Assembly: GCA_903813345.2 (NCBI GenBank)
Contig: CAIIXF020000001.1
Coordinates: forward strand, 36,642,001 to 36,706,000
From: Owenia fusiformis
Taxonomy: Eukaryota
DNA: 64,000 nucleotides
Reading direction: 5' to 3'
Below the pieces are notes generated by a model. The model was not told where the DNA came from. It saw only the letters and a list, made by a program, of their open reading frames with translations, and ran no database searches. The position numbers and the translations under genes are program-made. Positions 1 to 13,000 of this stretch are shown one piece after another. Position 1 is the stretch's first letter. Each line of letters opens with the position of its first letter.

Positions 1-840
1 GGGCCATAAATTCTCATAATTTTGGTTTTCCGCGCGGCCATAGGATGGGCCCAGAAAAAAATGTTGGCCCAGATATTTTTTCTGGGCCTCTTAAGTGGGC
101 CTCTTTGGGCATTAATTGACCTTTTTGGGCTTTATTTTTTTCAATTTAAGGCCAAATTTTCAAAATAGGGGCCATAAATTTTCTAAATTTTTGCCCGAAT
201 TTTGGTTTTAGGGCCCTAAAAATTTTACGCTGGCCCCTAGGATGGGCCTAGAAAAAAATTGTTTGGCCAAAACTATTGTAGGGCCTCTTTAGTTGGCCTT
301 TTTACTTGACCTTTTTGGGCCTTATTTTTTCAATTTTAAGGCCAAATTTTCAAAAAACGGGTCATAAATTCTCATAATTTTGGTTCTAGGGTCCTAAAAG
401 GTTTTCTACGCGGCCATAGGATTGGACCAGAAAAAAAATGTTGGCCCAAAGATATTGTAGGGCCTCTTTAGTGGGGTTTTTTGGGCATTACTTGACCTTT
501 TTGGGCCTTATTTTTTGAATTTTAGGCCAAATTTTCAAATAATGGGCTAATTTTTAGAATTTTGCCCCAAATTTTGGTTTAAGGGCCCTAAAAGATTAAA
601 TTTTCTGCGCTGCCCTATGATGGGCCCAGAAAAAATGTAGCCTTTTTGGGTATTACTTGACCTTTTTGGGCCATATTTTTTCAATTTTAGGCCAAATTTT
701 CAAAAAACGTGCCAGAAATTTTCTAAATTTTGGCATAAATTTGGGTTTTAGGGCCCTAAAAAGTTTTTCCGTACAAGCGCAGATATTTTTTCCTGACTTG
801 AAATGTTGGTCCCCCTTGTTAGCTTCCGGATCCGCCACTG
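1..840. mobile_element. Non-autonomous element with degenerate internal tandem repeats, ending GGATCCGCCACTG; truncated by window start
   Basis: About four degenerate ~180-bp units (ggccaaattttcaaaa..gggcc). The same terminus and related internal sequence occur at 50558-50689. Confidence 0.65.
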
Positions 841-1053
841 TCCTTTACAATACAAAGGACTTTGTTTAGCATGGGGAATTCTTTTTTTTGGGGGGGGGGT
901 TGCGTCGGGGGGTGGGAGGGGAGGGGTTTCGAGCCCCCCCTTACAAAAAGCTTGCTACGGGCATGCTACTAGACCAATGCCATACCACAGGTGTGAGGTT
1001 ACTTAGTTTGCACAAAGCTATCTCCTGAGAGATAGCTTTGGATATGTTTATAT

Positions 1054-1501
1054 ACCCAGTCCATGTTAAAGGTCTTTTACAAAAATGTAAGAAATCGTGG
1101 GAACACGTACACTATTTCAATCGATGCATAACATTCAAAAGTATTGTTTTCCTAACCATATCATGCGATCCGGAGTCGGGAGACAGTATAATTGACGAAA
1201 AATGTATTTGGAACGTATTATTTTCCATATTTTCTAACCAGGAAGTCTGGCCAATGCGCATGCATATAACCGGAAGCGGAAATCTCATGGCATGGAGGCG
1301 CATGCGCATTACTCAACTTCCTGAAAAGCCATCTTGAAAATGATCAACTCCGATCAGATTTTCATCAAAATATTTCCTCTTCCACTCCGGATAGCCCGAT
1401 ATGGTTAGAAAAACAATACTTTAGAATGTTATACATCGAGTGAAGTAGCGTGTTTCCAAAATTTCTTACATTTTTCAAAAGACCTTTAAAACAGACTGGG
1501 A
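1054..1501. mobile_element. Fold-back MITE-like element
   Basis: Imperfect inverted arms ~1054-1200 and ~1360-1501 (cccagtc..ttaaaggtctttt / aaaagacctttaa..gactggg). Confidence 0.7.
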
Positions 1502-2969
1502 ATATCAAGTTTTGCATAGCCATCAATCTAATGATGGCTATGTGCAAATATAGTAAGGTGTGAGGTAACATATTTTCAGGGACCATTCTCGTACCAGGAA
1601 GTGGAAAATCTGTCCATTGCCATATCTCAGAAGTCATAATGTGGGGAGATTTTATACCAGGTCCTAAAATTTGGGTCAATTGCCTTACCAAATGTCAAAA
1701 AAGGTACCTCATGATCGCTGAGGATCCCCATCACGGTATATATACAGTGAACCCCCAAGGTGCTGACGTCACATTTTTGGAATGGAACCTTCAGATTTGG
1801 ATCTACATCAGACAAATGCCTGCTAATAAAATAAGCTCAAAAATGCAAATGGAATTATGGTCCAATGTATTCCCAGTAATATTAGATGGAGAATAACATG
1901 CGACTTTCGAGTCTAGTCAAATTACTTGGCTTGACCTAGGCTAATGGCATGTGGAACAAAAAAACATCAATACACTTTAAAACATTTTATTGACTGTAGC
2001 AAGGACGACTATAGATTGCACCATATAATCCCCCAAAATATTTCTTTTTTTCAAGGATTATCTATGGATTTACAGTCAGGTATTTTCATTTTTCAAACTT
2101 CAGAGGACTGGGAATCATTGACCCTGTTCGCTTTTGAATATAGATAATATAATAGTTTCTCAAATTGTGTAAATGGTACCCATTCCTTAATCCCTAGACT
2201 TTTCTCTGAGGAATTTCCCATAGAAATCCAAGAGTACAGTTCCAAGCAGATTCTGGGATAACAGGAAAGTAAATCTTTAATACACACCTCATTGGGTTGT
2301 TTTGGTTTATATCACAACCCAAAAAGGTGTCTATTAAAGTTAGAAAACTCTACAATGGTTCAGTGCAAAAATAACAAAATCCTTCTCATAAAATCCTTGT
2401 AACATAATACTTTACGAGTATATGTTGTTTTACATGTATATGACCGCCATTTCACCTTAGATTATTGCTGATAAGATCTTACGTCAAATCGATAGCATAT
2501 TTAGACTCTGTGTTAAAGTATATGTAATTATTATATTTGTGCACTTTCTCTAATCTTCACAATTTTTTAGCATGGTTTTAGATTTAATTATACAAATTCC
2601 CTTATATATTATAAACCAGATATACAGTATGAATATTAAAAGTGAAAGTCATCATCTGGCCATCTCACCCCAAAAGGTCTCCTAGTTCTAATTGAATACT
2701 AGAATACTAGAAAGTCTACTAGAATACTAGTAGACTTTCACTACTATGATATACATTTATCAGATGATGCTATCTCCTGAAATAATTTATTGTATTACTT
2801 TTCTAAAAACTAGTTTTTCATTTATCGTATTTGCCGATCATGAGATATAAATTGCTAAAATACTCATATTGTACAAGACTTATCTTTTTTATTTGAAATA
2901 TAGTATACTTATAAAATGCCCTTTCTTATTGTTGTGAACTTATTTTTGCTATGGTTTAAACCCTTATAA

Positions 2970-3793
2970 GGGAGCATATCAAAAGTTCAAGTTTAATCTG
3001 TGATCCCCCTCCCCCCTCATAACTGATTGAGAAATGTTGATATGCGTTATTTCGAAAGTTACACTATATCTAACATAATATGTAATAGAGTCATTTTTCA
3101 TAACTTCAAATCTGTATTTTTGAACATTATCATTAGAATATACATATATCTTGTATTGTATCTCATTGTGGAAGTTATATCCAACAAAAGATATAAGGCT
3201 CTTTCTTGTGTCCTATTGCACCCTTGGTATACGCAGCTAACGAAAATTAGCTGGACCGGTACGGGTTAACGGTTTTATTTGAATTTAAAACAGCCATAAC
3301 TTGCTCAATATTGACTTCCTCGTGTCTAATTTGAAATATATGATGCCTCTCGATGCTTTTAAGTACCCCAATTTTTTACAGATTTTTAAACGGATCAAAA
3401 TTCTCTAAATGCGCATTTATGCTCTTTTCTCTCGAGAACGACTGTCTCATTTTCACGATAACTTTTATTTAGTACTTCTAACATATAAGATCTATTTTTC
3501 CCCATCAAGGTATGATGTAAATGACATGCTATTTACATCTTGTGAGTTTCAATGACGCGCGTTTGATTTTATAAAAAATGCCAAACTTTGTGACAAAGAA
3601 TTTCATCCTGCTTGCAGCGAGAAGACGGACCGGTTCAGGGCAATAGAACTATATTTTTGATTTCGTTTTTTTTAAAATAAAGAGCATCACTAATTGAATT
3701 CCTGGGAACGATGTTGGAACTTTTTAGGCCAATGACCCCCTCCCCTAACTGTGTACATTTATTTTTCCGATACCGATCTTTTGATATGCTCCC
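2970..3793. mobile_element. PIF/Harbinger-type MITE with a probable nested insertion (~3212-3646)
   Basis: TIR GGGAGCATATCAAAAG / CTTTTGATATGCTCCC flanked by TAA on both sides; second family member at 10311-12241. Confidence 0.8.
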
Positions 3794-4098
3794 TAACAAG
3801 ATATAAAAATCTTGATTTCTTTTTCCCTTAAAAATTCAATTTTTTCAATTGTGAAATCTCATATTCCCCTTAATAAGAGTTATTCTTCATCTTCCCCAAC
3901 AGGACACCACCCATTAACATTTTTTGTTGTACCATATTTTATTTTTAATTCTTTTTTTATGCTTCCAGGTGAAAGAAACTTATAGCTTGCAGTGTCATAA
4001 AAAATAATACATGTATTAACTTAAGATGACTTGCATTAAAACTAAACTGTACAGCTGACATTTAAAAGTGAGATATGATGTTAGTATGATGCAGTAAA

Positions 4099-7000
4099 AT
4101 GGCGTGCAAGATGGAAACCAATTCAGGAGGGAGTTCAGGAAACTCCCCCACATGTTTTAGTCCTAAACCGATTAACCAACGCAACCCAATGGAAGGAAGC
4201 ATGCATTTCTCAATCATCAAACATCCTAAGGAATCCTTGGAGATAATGAACAGTTTACGTAATTCTCAGAAACTTTGTGATGTCACACTGAGGGCAGGTG
4301 ACGAACGATTCAAGGCACATAAGTTAGTATTATCGGCAGCTTCCCCATATTTTCGGGCTATGTTTGCGGGTGGTATGCGCGAGTGTGATATGTCGGATAT
4401 ACCCCTTCAAGGAATATTTCCATGCATTTTATCACAACTTATAAACTTTGCATATACTTCAGAAATAAATGTGTCGGAAATGAACGTTTGTAAATTATTA
4501 CCAGCAGCAACTATGCTGCAAATGTCTCATGTCGTGGATGCGTGTTGTACATTTCTTGAACATCAACTGGATCCGAGTAATGCTATAGGTATTGCAGATT
4601 TTGCTCACGACCACGGATGCACTGAGTTGTTCCAAAAAGCCAGTGAATTTATACATGTGAATTTTGTTGATGTAGCAGTACATGATGAGTTTTTACAGTT
4701 ATCTCCGTGCCAATTAATTGGATTAGTCAAAAGAGACGAATTGAATGTAAAATGTGAATCAGAAGTATATACTGCAGTCATGAGGTGGGTGGCGCATGAT
4801 GAAGAAGATCGCAGACCAAAACTTGATTGTTTGATAGCAGCAGTGAGGTGTCATTTTCTTACACCTTGCTTCATACAGCGACAGTTGAAATACTGTGACT
4901 TCCTAAAGAAAACTCCAGCTTGTAAGGACTACCTCGCAAGGATCTTTCAAGATTTGACACTCCATAAAAGAATTTCTGTAAAAAGGAGAAAACCTTGTTC
5001 TCCACCTGTTATTTTCACTGCTGGAGGCTACCTAAGACACTCACTTAGTAACTTTGAGTGTTATAATCCAAATACGAAAGAATGGTTCAAGCTCAGTGAT
5101 CTACCATTACCACGTAGTGGCCTAAGTGCAGTTACCTTACATGGCATGTTTTATGCTGTAGGTGGGAGGAACAATTCACCCGAAGGCAACATGGATTCAG
5201 CCTCAGTAGACTGTTATGATCCATACATAAATACTTGGAAAAAATGCCACGATATGTCTACACCCAGGAACAGGGTAGGGTGTGGTGTAATAGATGGATT
5301 ACTATATGCTGTTGGGGGCTCATATGGGCAAACTCACCATAATTCTGTTGAAAGGTAAGCTACACTCTAAATCAGCTCATTTACATGTGATCCCTTTTAG
5401 AATATTCAAACGTGAATTGTTAATATAACCATGATCAGAATATTACCATGAACAATGAGACCCAGATCAATTTTGTGAATGGGGAATTAAATTCCATTCT
5501 ATTTCAATTAGCCTGTTTTCTCAAATGAATTGATTTAATTACAACACTGAATAGATCCAGACCTTATTCTGTTTAATATCTCAGACAGAATAATAAAGCC
5601 TCACTTCTCCTCTGTGTAAGGCCAGGGAAGAAATTACAAGTTTTTACCAACCTACCTACCAAGTCTTTTTTCGAAAAACCTTTTTCACAATCAAAAAATA
5701 TAACTAATCTCTAACACAGTAAAAACTGCTCATTTCAAGATTCCTTATACAATTAAATAATGAATCATTTGTAGCAGAGGTCAGGCCGATACTTTTTGTA
5801 AAATGATTTTGAAACTGCTGCCTGCCTATTAACCAGAAATGTACAAAGGTAGGTTATCGCAAACAATTTCAGTAGGTTATATCTTGGATTATGACTATTT
5901 TCTGACAATGAAGACAGGTTTATCTTTTAGATCAATTCATTATCTCAAAGAAAATTATATACAGTAATAATAAAGTCAAACAAACTCGGAGATATTTAAC
6001 TAGCAATCAATCCATCAACACATGTTTTCAAAGATGTTTACCCCATTTTCACCAAAAATGCAATCATTTTTTACAATGTTTAATGCATTACTATTCTTTA
6101 TTTTGATGTATCAAATAGTTCTTGAAAGAAAAACTTAATTGCTTTAAGATAAGTGTTCCCCATGTTATTTCTCCATTGAAAAATCTCATGCTATCCATTG
6201 GTTTCAGTTCATTTTGGTCATCCAAATTCAGTATCTTTAAAGTCCCTGGAGCAATCAACTTTTCCTTTTAGGAAATCCAACATGTCTCAAAGCACATTCT
6301 AATTATGCATTCAACAATAAAATAAAAGGTTGCATTTTTGGTGAAAATTAGGTCAACATTTTTGAAAAAGTATGTTGATTGGTCCATTGCCCCTTCAATA
6401 TCACTTAGGTCTGATTAACTAAATTATCATTATATATACTTTTCTTGAAGATAATGAATGGATCTAAAAGTTACACCCATGTTCATGATCAGAAAATATT
6501 CATAATTCAAGTTAGAATCGTTTGAAATTGTTTGCGATAACCTACGTGCTCCACCAAGTTGTACTGTGCTAACAGTATATTTTTATGTCACCACCAAAAA
6601 GTGGTGACATATTGTTATGGTCTCCTTTTTTTGTGACGGAAGCGATCAGTGGTTGACGTCTGTACAAATGATGGTGACATTTTGCATGACATTCATGCCT
6701 TTTTTATTTAACAATTTCCTCAAATATAAATCAATTTGAGCTAATTTTTCTAATTGAACAATTTCCTCCTGAAGATATAAACCAATCCTCACTAATTTTT
6801 CTAAAATGTAATCATTGAGCACCTTAGTAGAGGTTGATAGACAGATATTTGAGATATTATTTATTTACATGTAATTGAAATTGATCAGTACCTCTCCTGC
6901 AGTCAATTCACTCTGTATTATACAACTGGTTAACTTGGTCTAATTATGTCAACCTTTGCGCCCTAATTCTGATAAATCTGATGTTTATTTAATATTCATT

Positions 7001-10000
7001 TTCGTGAAATTGATCCAGACAGAAATATTGATTCCTGTGATCATAAATTGTCAGTTTGGCCTCAAGTTAATAAAAATAATCAAACACAACACATGTAAAC
7101 ATGATAAACATGTCATATAGGATGTTTCTGGACAAAGTCGAAAATGAAAATGTGTGTCATGGACATCTTTCACCGATATAGACTATCCTCCTGCATAATG
7201 GTATAGGATGACTGAAGCATAAATAGGACAACACATAAAACATATATTCTTTTAAGACCCAGTGCTTAGAGTCAGTCTGGTGTTGTGTTCCATGCCATTT
7301 AGAATACCACCCTCCCCCCTCATATATAGTACACCCCTTACCGCCACAAGATGGAGGTGGTCCAGGAGCTTGATACATGACTAGGCTCAGCCTGGTTGGT
7401 AAATTTGGGTGGCTGACAAATATATCAAAGTATAAGCAAGAATATAAAAATATAAGTGGCATTGTTCAAGGCCACCAAGGGTAGCCCAACAAGATTTGCA
7501 AATTATCACAATGGCAGTTGGTCTTTCAGTGACTTGCATTAAATAACCAGGCACATTGTACTCTAATAATCTTATTTGAATTATTTAATATTAAGAGTAC
7601 ATAATGACTTGCCCATTGTCCACTTTGTATCAGGTTAAACAATTTATGGACTTATATGAACTATTTGAACCATGAGGAAAGTATATTTTCATGAAAGTTA
7701 TGACAAAATTGCTCAATTTTAGAAAATTTTAAGCCGAGTATTGATTTTACCATTCACGCCTATTTTCTATGTATTCGCTCTATTTTCAAATCATGTTCAA
7801 GGAGATGATATCGCCTAAGTATTATTTCAGAGATGGTTACTGTATTTTTAGTTGATTTCCACAATATTACATATTTCTACATTTAATTAATTGCTAATAC
7901 CAATACATGTATCTGTATAAGTTGATAAAACATCATTAATAACATCGTGGAACATAGGCAATGCAGACAACTTTCTCTTGAGTATGAATCGTATAACTTG
8001 CATTGTGATTGATAATAGAGTGTCATATTTCTGTGTCAAGATCAATGTTAAACAAAAGTGGTATTATATCCAAGTAGAAAATCATCAGTCCTCAATTCAC
8101 CTTTTTTAGGCCAGGATTGATCCGTGTACAGTCATGATGTAGCAATTTTATAAAATAGATTCAATGACTTCACATAAAATTCTGATCGATCAATGAATTA
8201 GACAAAAAGGTACTGACCTGGACCTGTTCAAATATTAGTAATGCATATTCACCATGCTAAATCCCAGTTAATTACATTATCATGTTTTGTATATATGTAT
8301 TTATAAATTGATAGTAACAATGAATATTGGCAGCCTAGAAGCAATTTTCACAGTATTCAATTATAAAGAGTATCAAAGTACATGTACTACGAAAACTGCT
8401 TCACATGATAAAGTTTGATATTTGCTACTAGTGCATCAAGGTGTTACCAGAAGTAGCTCAAAAGTATCACTGGGCTGCCTTCGGTGCCGGTATTGAAATC
8501 AGATGCTTGATGTCATGTGAAGACAATAGCATGTTAAGAAGATGCTAATACAGTGTTCTCCCCAAAAAAAATTTTTCAATTGGGTGCAAGTTTTCAAGTC
8601 AGAAAAAATCAGCGCTCGGTACGCTCACAATATCTCCAGATGGGTGCTTACTTCACTCATTTTTCAAATCAGAAGTTGAAGTGCAGGTTGCCAACTGGGT
8701 GCCAGCTGGGGGGTCTTTTGTCTCAATTAGGGGGGCCCCCGGTAAAAGTGACATGGGGAGATCACTGTAATATCTTACCTCTCCCTCAATAAACTATAGC
8801 TGCACTCTGATTCTGATTTCATTGGCATGTCTGACAACAAGTATATATGAATAATTAAAACTATAGGCAATATCTTCAGAAATTATGATTTAACATGGAA
8901 ATACATGTACATGTAGCTGCAAATTTGGTAAAACAACCAGAGAAAATCACCTGTTGCTAATGAAAGTGATCTGAGGTATTGCCGGAAGTACCTTTAAGGT
9001 GGCATTCTGGCCTATATTGAAACCCCTGGACTATACATGAGTCGAGTAATCTTAAGGGTTATTAATGATTCCAGGTATGATCCCGATTCAGATACATGGA
9101 CCCTGGTGGCCCCCATGAAGACCCGACGTATAGGGGTAGGAGTGGCAGTGGTGAACAGACTTCTTTATGCTGTCGGGGGCTTTGATGGTGCTAATAGGCT
9201 CAACAGTATTGAGTGTTATTGCCCAGAGAAGGACGAGTGGGTTGAAAAAGCTCCCATGAATAAAACTAGGAGTGGCGCAGGTATTAATTAAATAAAAATA
9301 TGATTTTGCATTTATATTTATTTTCTAGATTTTAATAATTAAAAGTCACAGTAGGTATTTTATGATTGTTTATTTTTTTATTAATTATCTATATTTGCTG
9401 AATATATACAAGTATTGACTGTACCTAAGATATTAATATCTATAATGTTTCTGTTTATAAGCTCTGTCTGCAATGATCAATATTTTCCCCTCTCTATGTA
9501 ATTTTAACCTGACAAGGTCAATGACTGTGGCTCTTTTACTTAATGTATGCCCAGGGAGGATGTTGAATGTGACCTTTTATTTATTTTAAAAGTACTTTTA
9601 AAACCTTACTTATTTACACCAGACTAACTTGATGGATGATAATTGTTAACCTTAGCACGTAGTCTTGCTAAAATGGCTGAGTCATTCTCAAGGTGAACTT
9701 TGACTTTGACCATTTTAATCATTGTTTTATAAATATATAATATAGGCCTACATGTATATGCTGGTCATGTTCATGAATATTTTATTTTCATATGAGACAG
9801 GTCACGTTTGTAGACACATTTCTTGGTTAGATATTAATTTAAAAGCATTTTGCCTACCTTGTAGAGATATTAACCTGTGAACTCAGACATCGATTAGGTC
9901 TTTTTATAAAAATACATTTAGGTTTTATCAAAAATGTTCATATCACAAGGGGGTTGTATAACCAGAGGCCTATAAATAACTTTATGATAAAGTGTATATA

Positions 10001-13000
10001 TTTTGTAGTAGAATGATGAAGACATGATTAAACTTAATAATCAAACAACAAAAGAATGGTGTCACTGATTTCATTTTTTATTTACTTAAAGCTAGAAACA
10101 TTTTGATCTTTATGTAAGGAATATTAGAGTAGGGGATTAAAATTATGTATCCATATAAAGGAAAAAGACTCATTCCAATAAGTGTGATATCACAAAATTT
10201 ATATGTCCTAAAGCTGAACATTTATCAAATCATTGCTCCTATCCTATAGCATGGAGCCACCCTTTGTCAGGAAACAACATGTTTCCCAACTATCAACTCT
10301 TGTTTAATAAGGGAGCATGTTAAAAGTTCAATGTAGGATTATTAACTGTATTTGCACAGTTAATCTGTGACCTCCCTACCCCCCCCCCTCATAACTGTGT
10401 TTGAGAAATGTTGATATGCATTGTTTTGAAAGTATATTACATAACATGTAATATAGTCATTTTTATAACTATTCAAATCTGTATTTCTGTACATTATCAG
10501 CAGTAGGTTTAATACTGGACAAGTTTATCGTGACTTGTGAATTCAGTATCACTGTTAAAAACAAATGAATAGCCGCTCATTTTTATCGCACTTTGAAAAA
10601 GTGCTATATTGTCGTCGTCTTGTGCTGTTGGGCGGGCGTGCGGTTGTGCAGTGCAGACGTGCGGGCGGCACATAAACCAAATCTTGTCATCAAATTTCCA
10701 GGATAACTGCTTACCTGTTCAACTTGAAATTTTTACAGATGCAAGAGCAGACTAGTACCAAGATCTGATTAGGTTAAGGGCATGCTGGGTAAACTACGTG
10801 GCGGCCATTTTGAATTTTTCAACAAATCTTGTCATCAAAATTCCAGGAAAACCACTTATCCGTTCCACTTGAAATTTTTACAGATGCAAGAACAGACTAT
10901 TGTCAAGATCTGATTAGGTTTTGGGTATGCTGGCTGAATTACATGGTGGCCATTTTGAATTTTTCTATTTGGCGGCCATTTTGAATTTTTCAACTTGCTC
11001 CAAATTGACCAAATTTTTTTTTAAAAACATCTACAAGTTCTCAGAAGTTCAAATCTGACCTTAGATTTCAGATTTGACCTTTCATCCACCTTCAGTGACC
11101 TTGAAAAGGTCAAAAAAGTTGATTTTCTAAATTGATATTTTGGATTTAAATTTAGGTCAGCTTAATTACAAAACACCTACTGAGGTCTGAAAAAGTGAAA
11201 TTTTCAAGGTCGAAGGTCAAGGTCATTAAACTAGGTCACAAATGATGTTATCCAAGTTTCTCAAAGTTTGAGACTACAAATCAATTCTTGTCATCAAAAT
11301 TCCAAGAAAACCGCTAACCTGTTCAACTTGAAATTTTTACACATGCAATAGCAGACTAGTGCCAAGATCTGATTAGGTTTAGGGCATGCTGGGTAAACTA
11401 CGTGGTGGCCATTTTGAATTTTTCAACAAATCTTGTAATCAAAATTCCAGGAAAACCACTTATCCGTTCAACTTGAAATTTTTACAGATGCAAGAGCAGA
11501 CTATTGCCAAGATCTGATTAGGTTTTGGGTATGCTGGCTGAATAACATGGTGGCCATTTTGAATTTTTCAATTTGGCGGCCATTTTGAATTTTTCAACTT
11601 GCTCCAAATTGACCAAATTTTTTTTTTAAAAACATCTACAAGTTCTCAGAAGTTCAAATCTGACCTTAGATTTCAGATTGGACCTTTCGTTGACCTTCAG
11701 TGACCTTTAAAAGGTCAAAAATTTGATTTTCTAAATTGATATTTTGGATTTAAATTTAGGTCAGCTTAATTACAAAACACCTACTGAGGTCTGAAAAAGT
11801 GAAATTTTCAAGGTCGAAGGTCATCAAATAAGGTCACAAACAATGTTATCTAAATTTTCCCAAAGTTCAAGACTACAAATAAATTCTTGTCATCAAAATT
11901 GCAGGAAAACCGCTAACCTTGTCAACTTGAAATGTTTACAGATGCAAGAGCAGACTAGTGCCAAGGTCTGATTAGGTTTTGGCCATGCTGGGTAAATTGC
12001 ATGGTGGCCAGTTTGCTCTTCAAAGTGCGATATTTATCACTGTGTGTCTTGTTTGTATAATATTACTTTTGTTGTGTACGTGTTTTTTTTATTTTTCATA
12101 CCAGAAGTGCACTGGACAATAAGAGCATGCACTAAGAAAATTCCCGGGAACAATGTCGGAATGCTAACTTTTAAGACCAATGACCCCCCTAACTGTGCAA
12201 ATACAGTTAATTTTCCGATATCAATCTTTTGAAATGCTCCCTACTGTTTGTACATATTGGTGGGAATATGTAGACAGCCATTTGGCAGGATGTATGTGAG
12301 TTCTCTATTAAGTCAGACTATTGATGGGTGAATTTTTCAAAATTCATATCTTTCAACTGTTTGACAGTGTTCTGTGATGGACCAGAATATAGAATCAATG
12401 CCAATATAAACCAATAAAAAATAAAATCCAATAAAAGTAACACTTGGAATGAGCCCTATTGTACTGATGACCTCTATAATACAATATTAAGAATAAGTTT
12501 GTAGGTGTAATGGCTGTCAAGCGCAAACAGGAAGTAAATTATTTTTCGAAGAAGTATGACATCATCTTAATACAAAGTGTGATCATGTGTCTTTAACATT
12601 TTCTGAGCACATTGCAATGTTTCTTTGTTCAGACCATGAACCGACCATCAAAGCATATATGCCAATAAGCTATCAAAGAGAATTGATTTTGGGGTTGCAG
12701 ATTGCCATTATAAGGATACAAAGTACATTTTAATGTTTTGAAAGTGTGGCCCAGGTATAGACCATCAAGATATAGATGGCATCATAGGGAACCAGATTGG
12801 TATCATGTTGACACAAAGTAATGTGTTTGTAATATTGTATAAGCACATTTCAGTGTTTCAGTGTGCGGGCCATGTACAGACCATCAAAACATATATCTCA
12901 AACAAAGGGGAATGATTCTAAGGTAGTATGTTGGGATTATAGGCAGGAATATTAGCATCATAAGGAGACAGATTGGCATCATGTTGATACAAAGTAATGT

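Noticed and set aside
1761..1773. MARE/CRE-like TGCTGACGTCACA upstream of KEAP1
   Set aside because: Single site in repeat-rich sequence with the KEAP1 TSS unknown.
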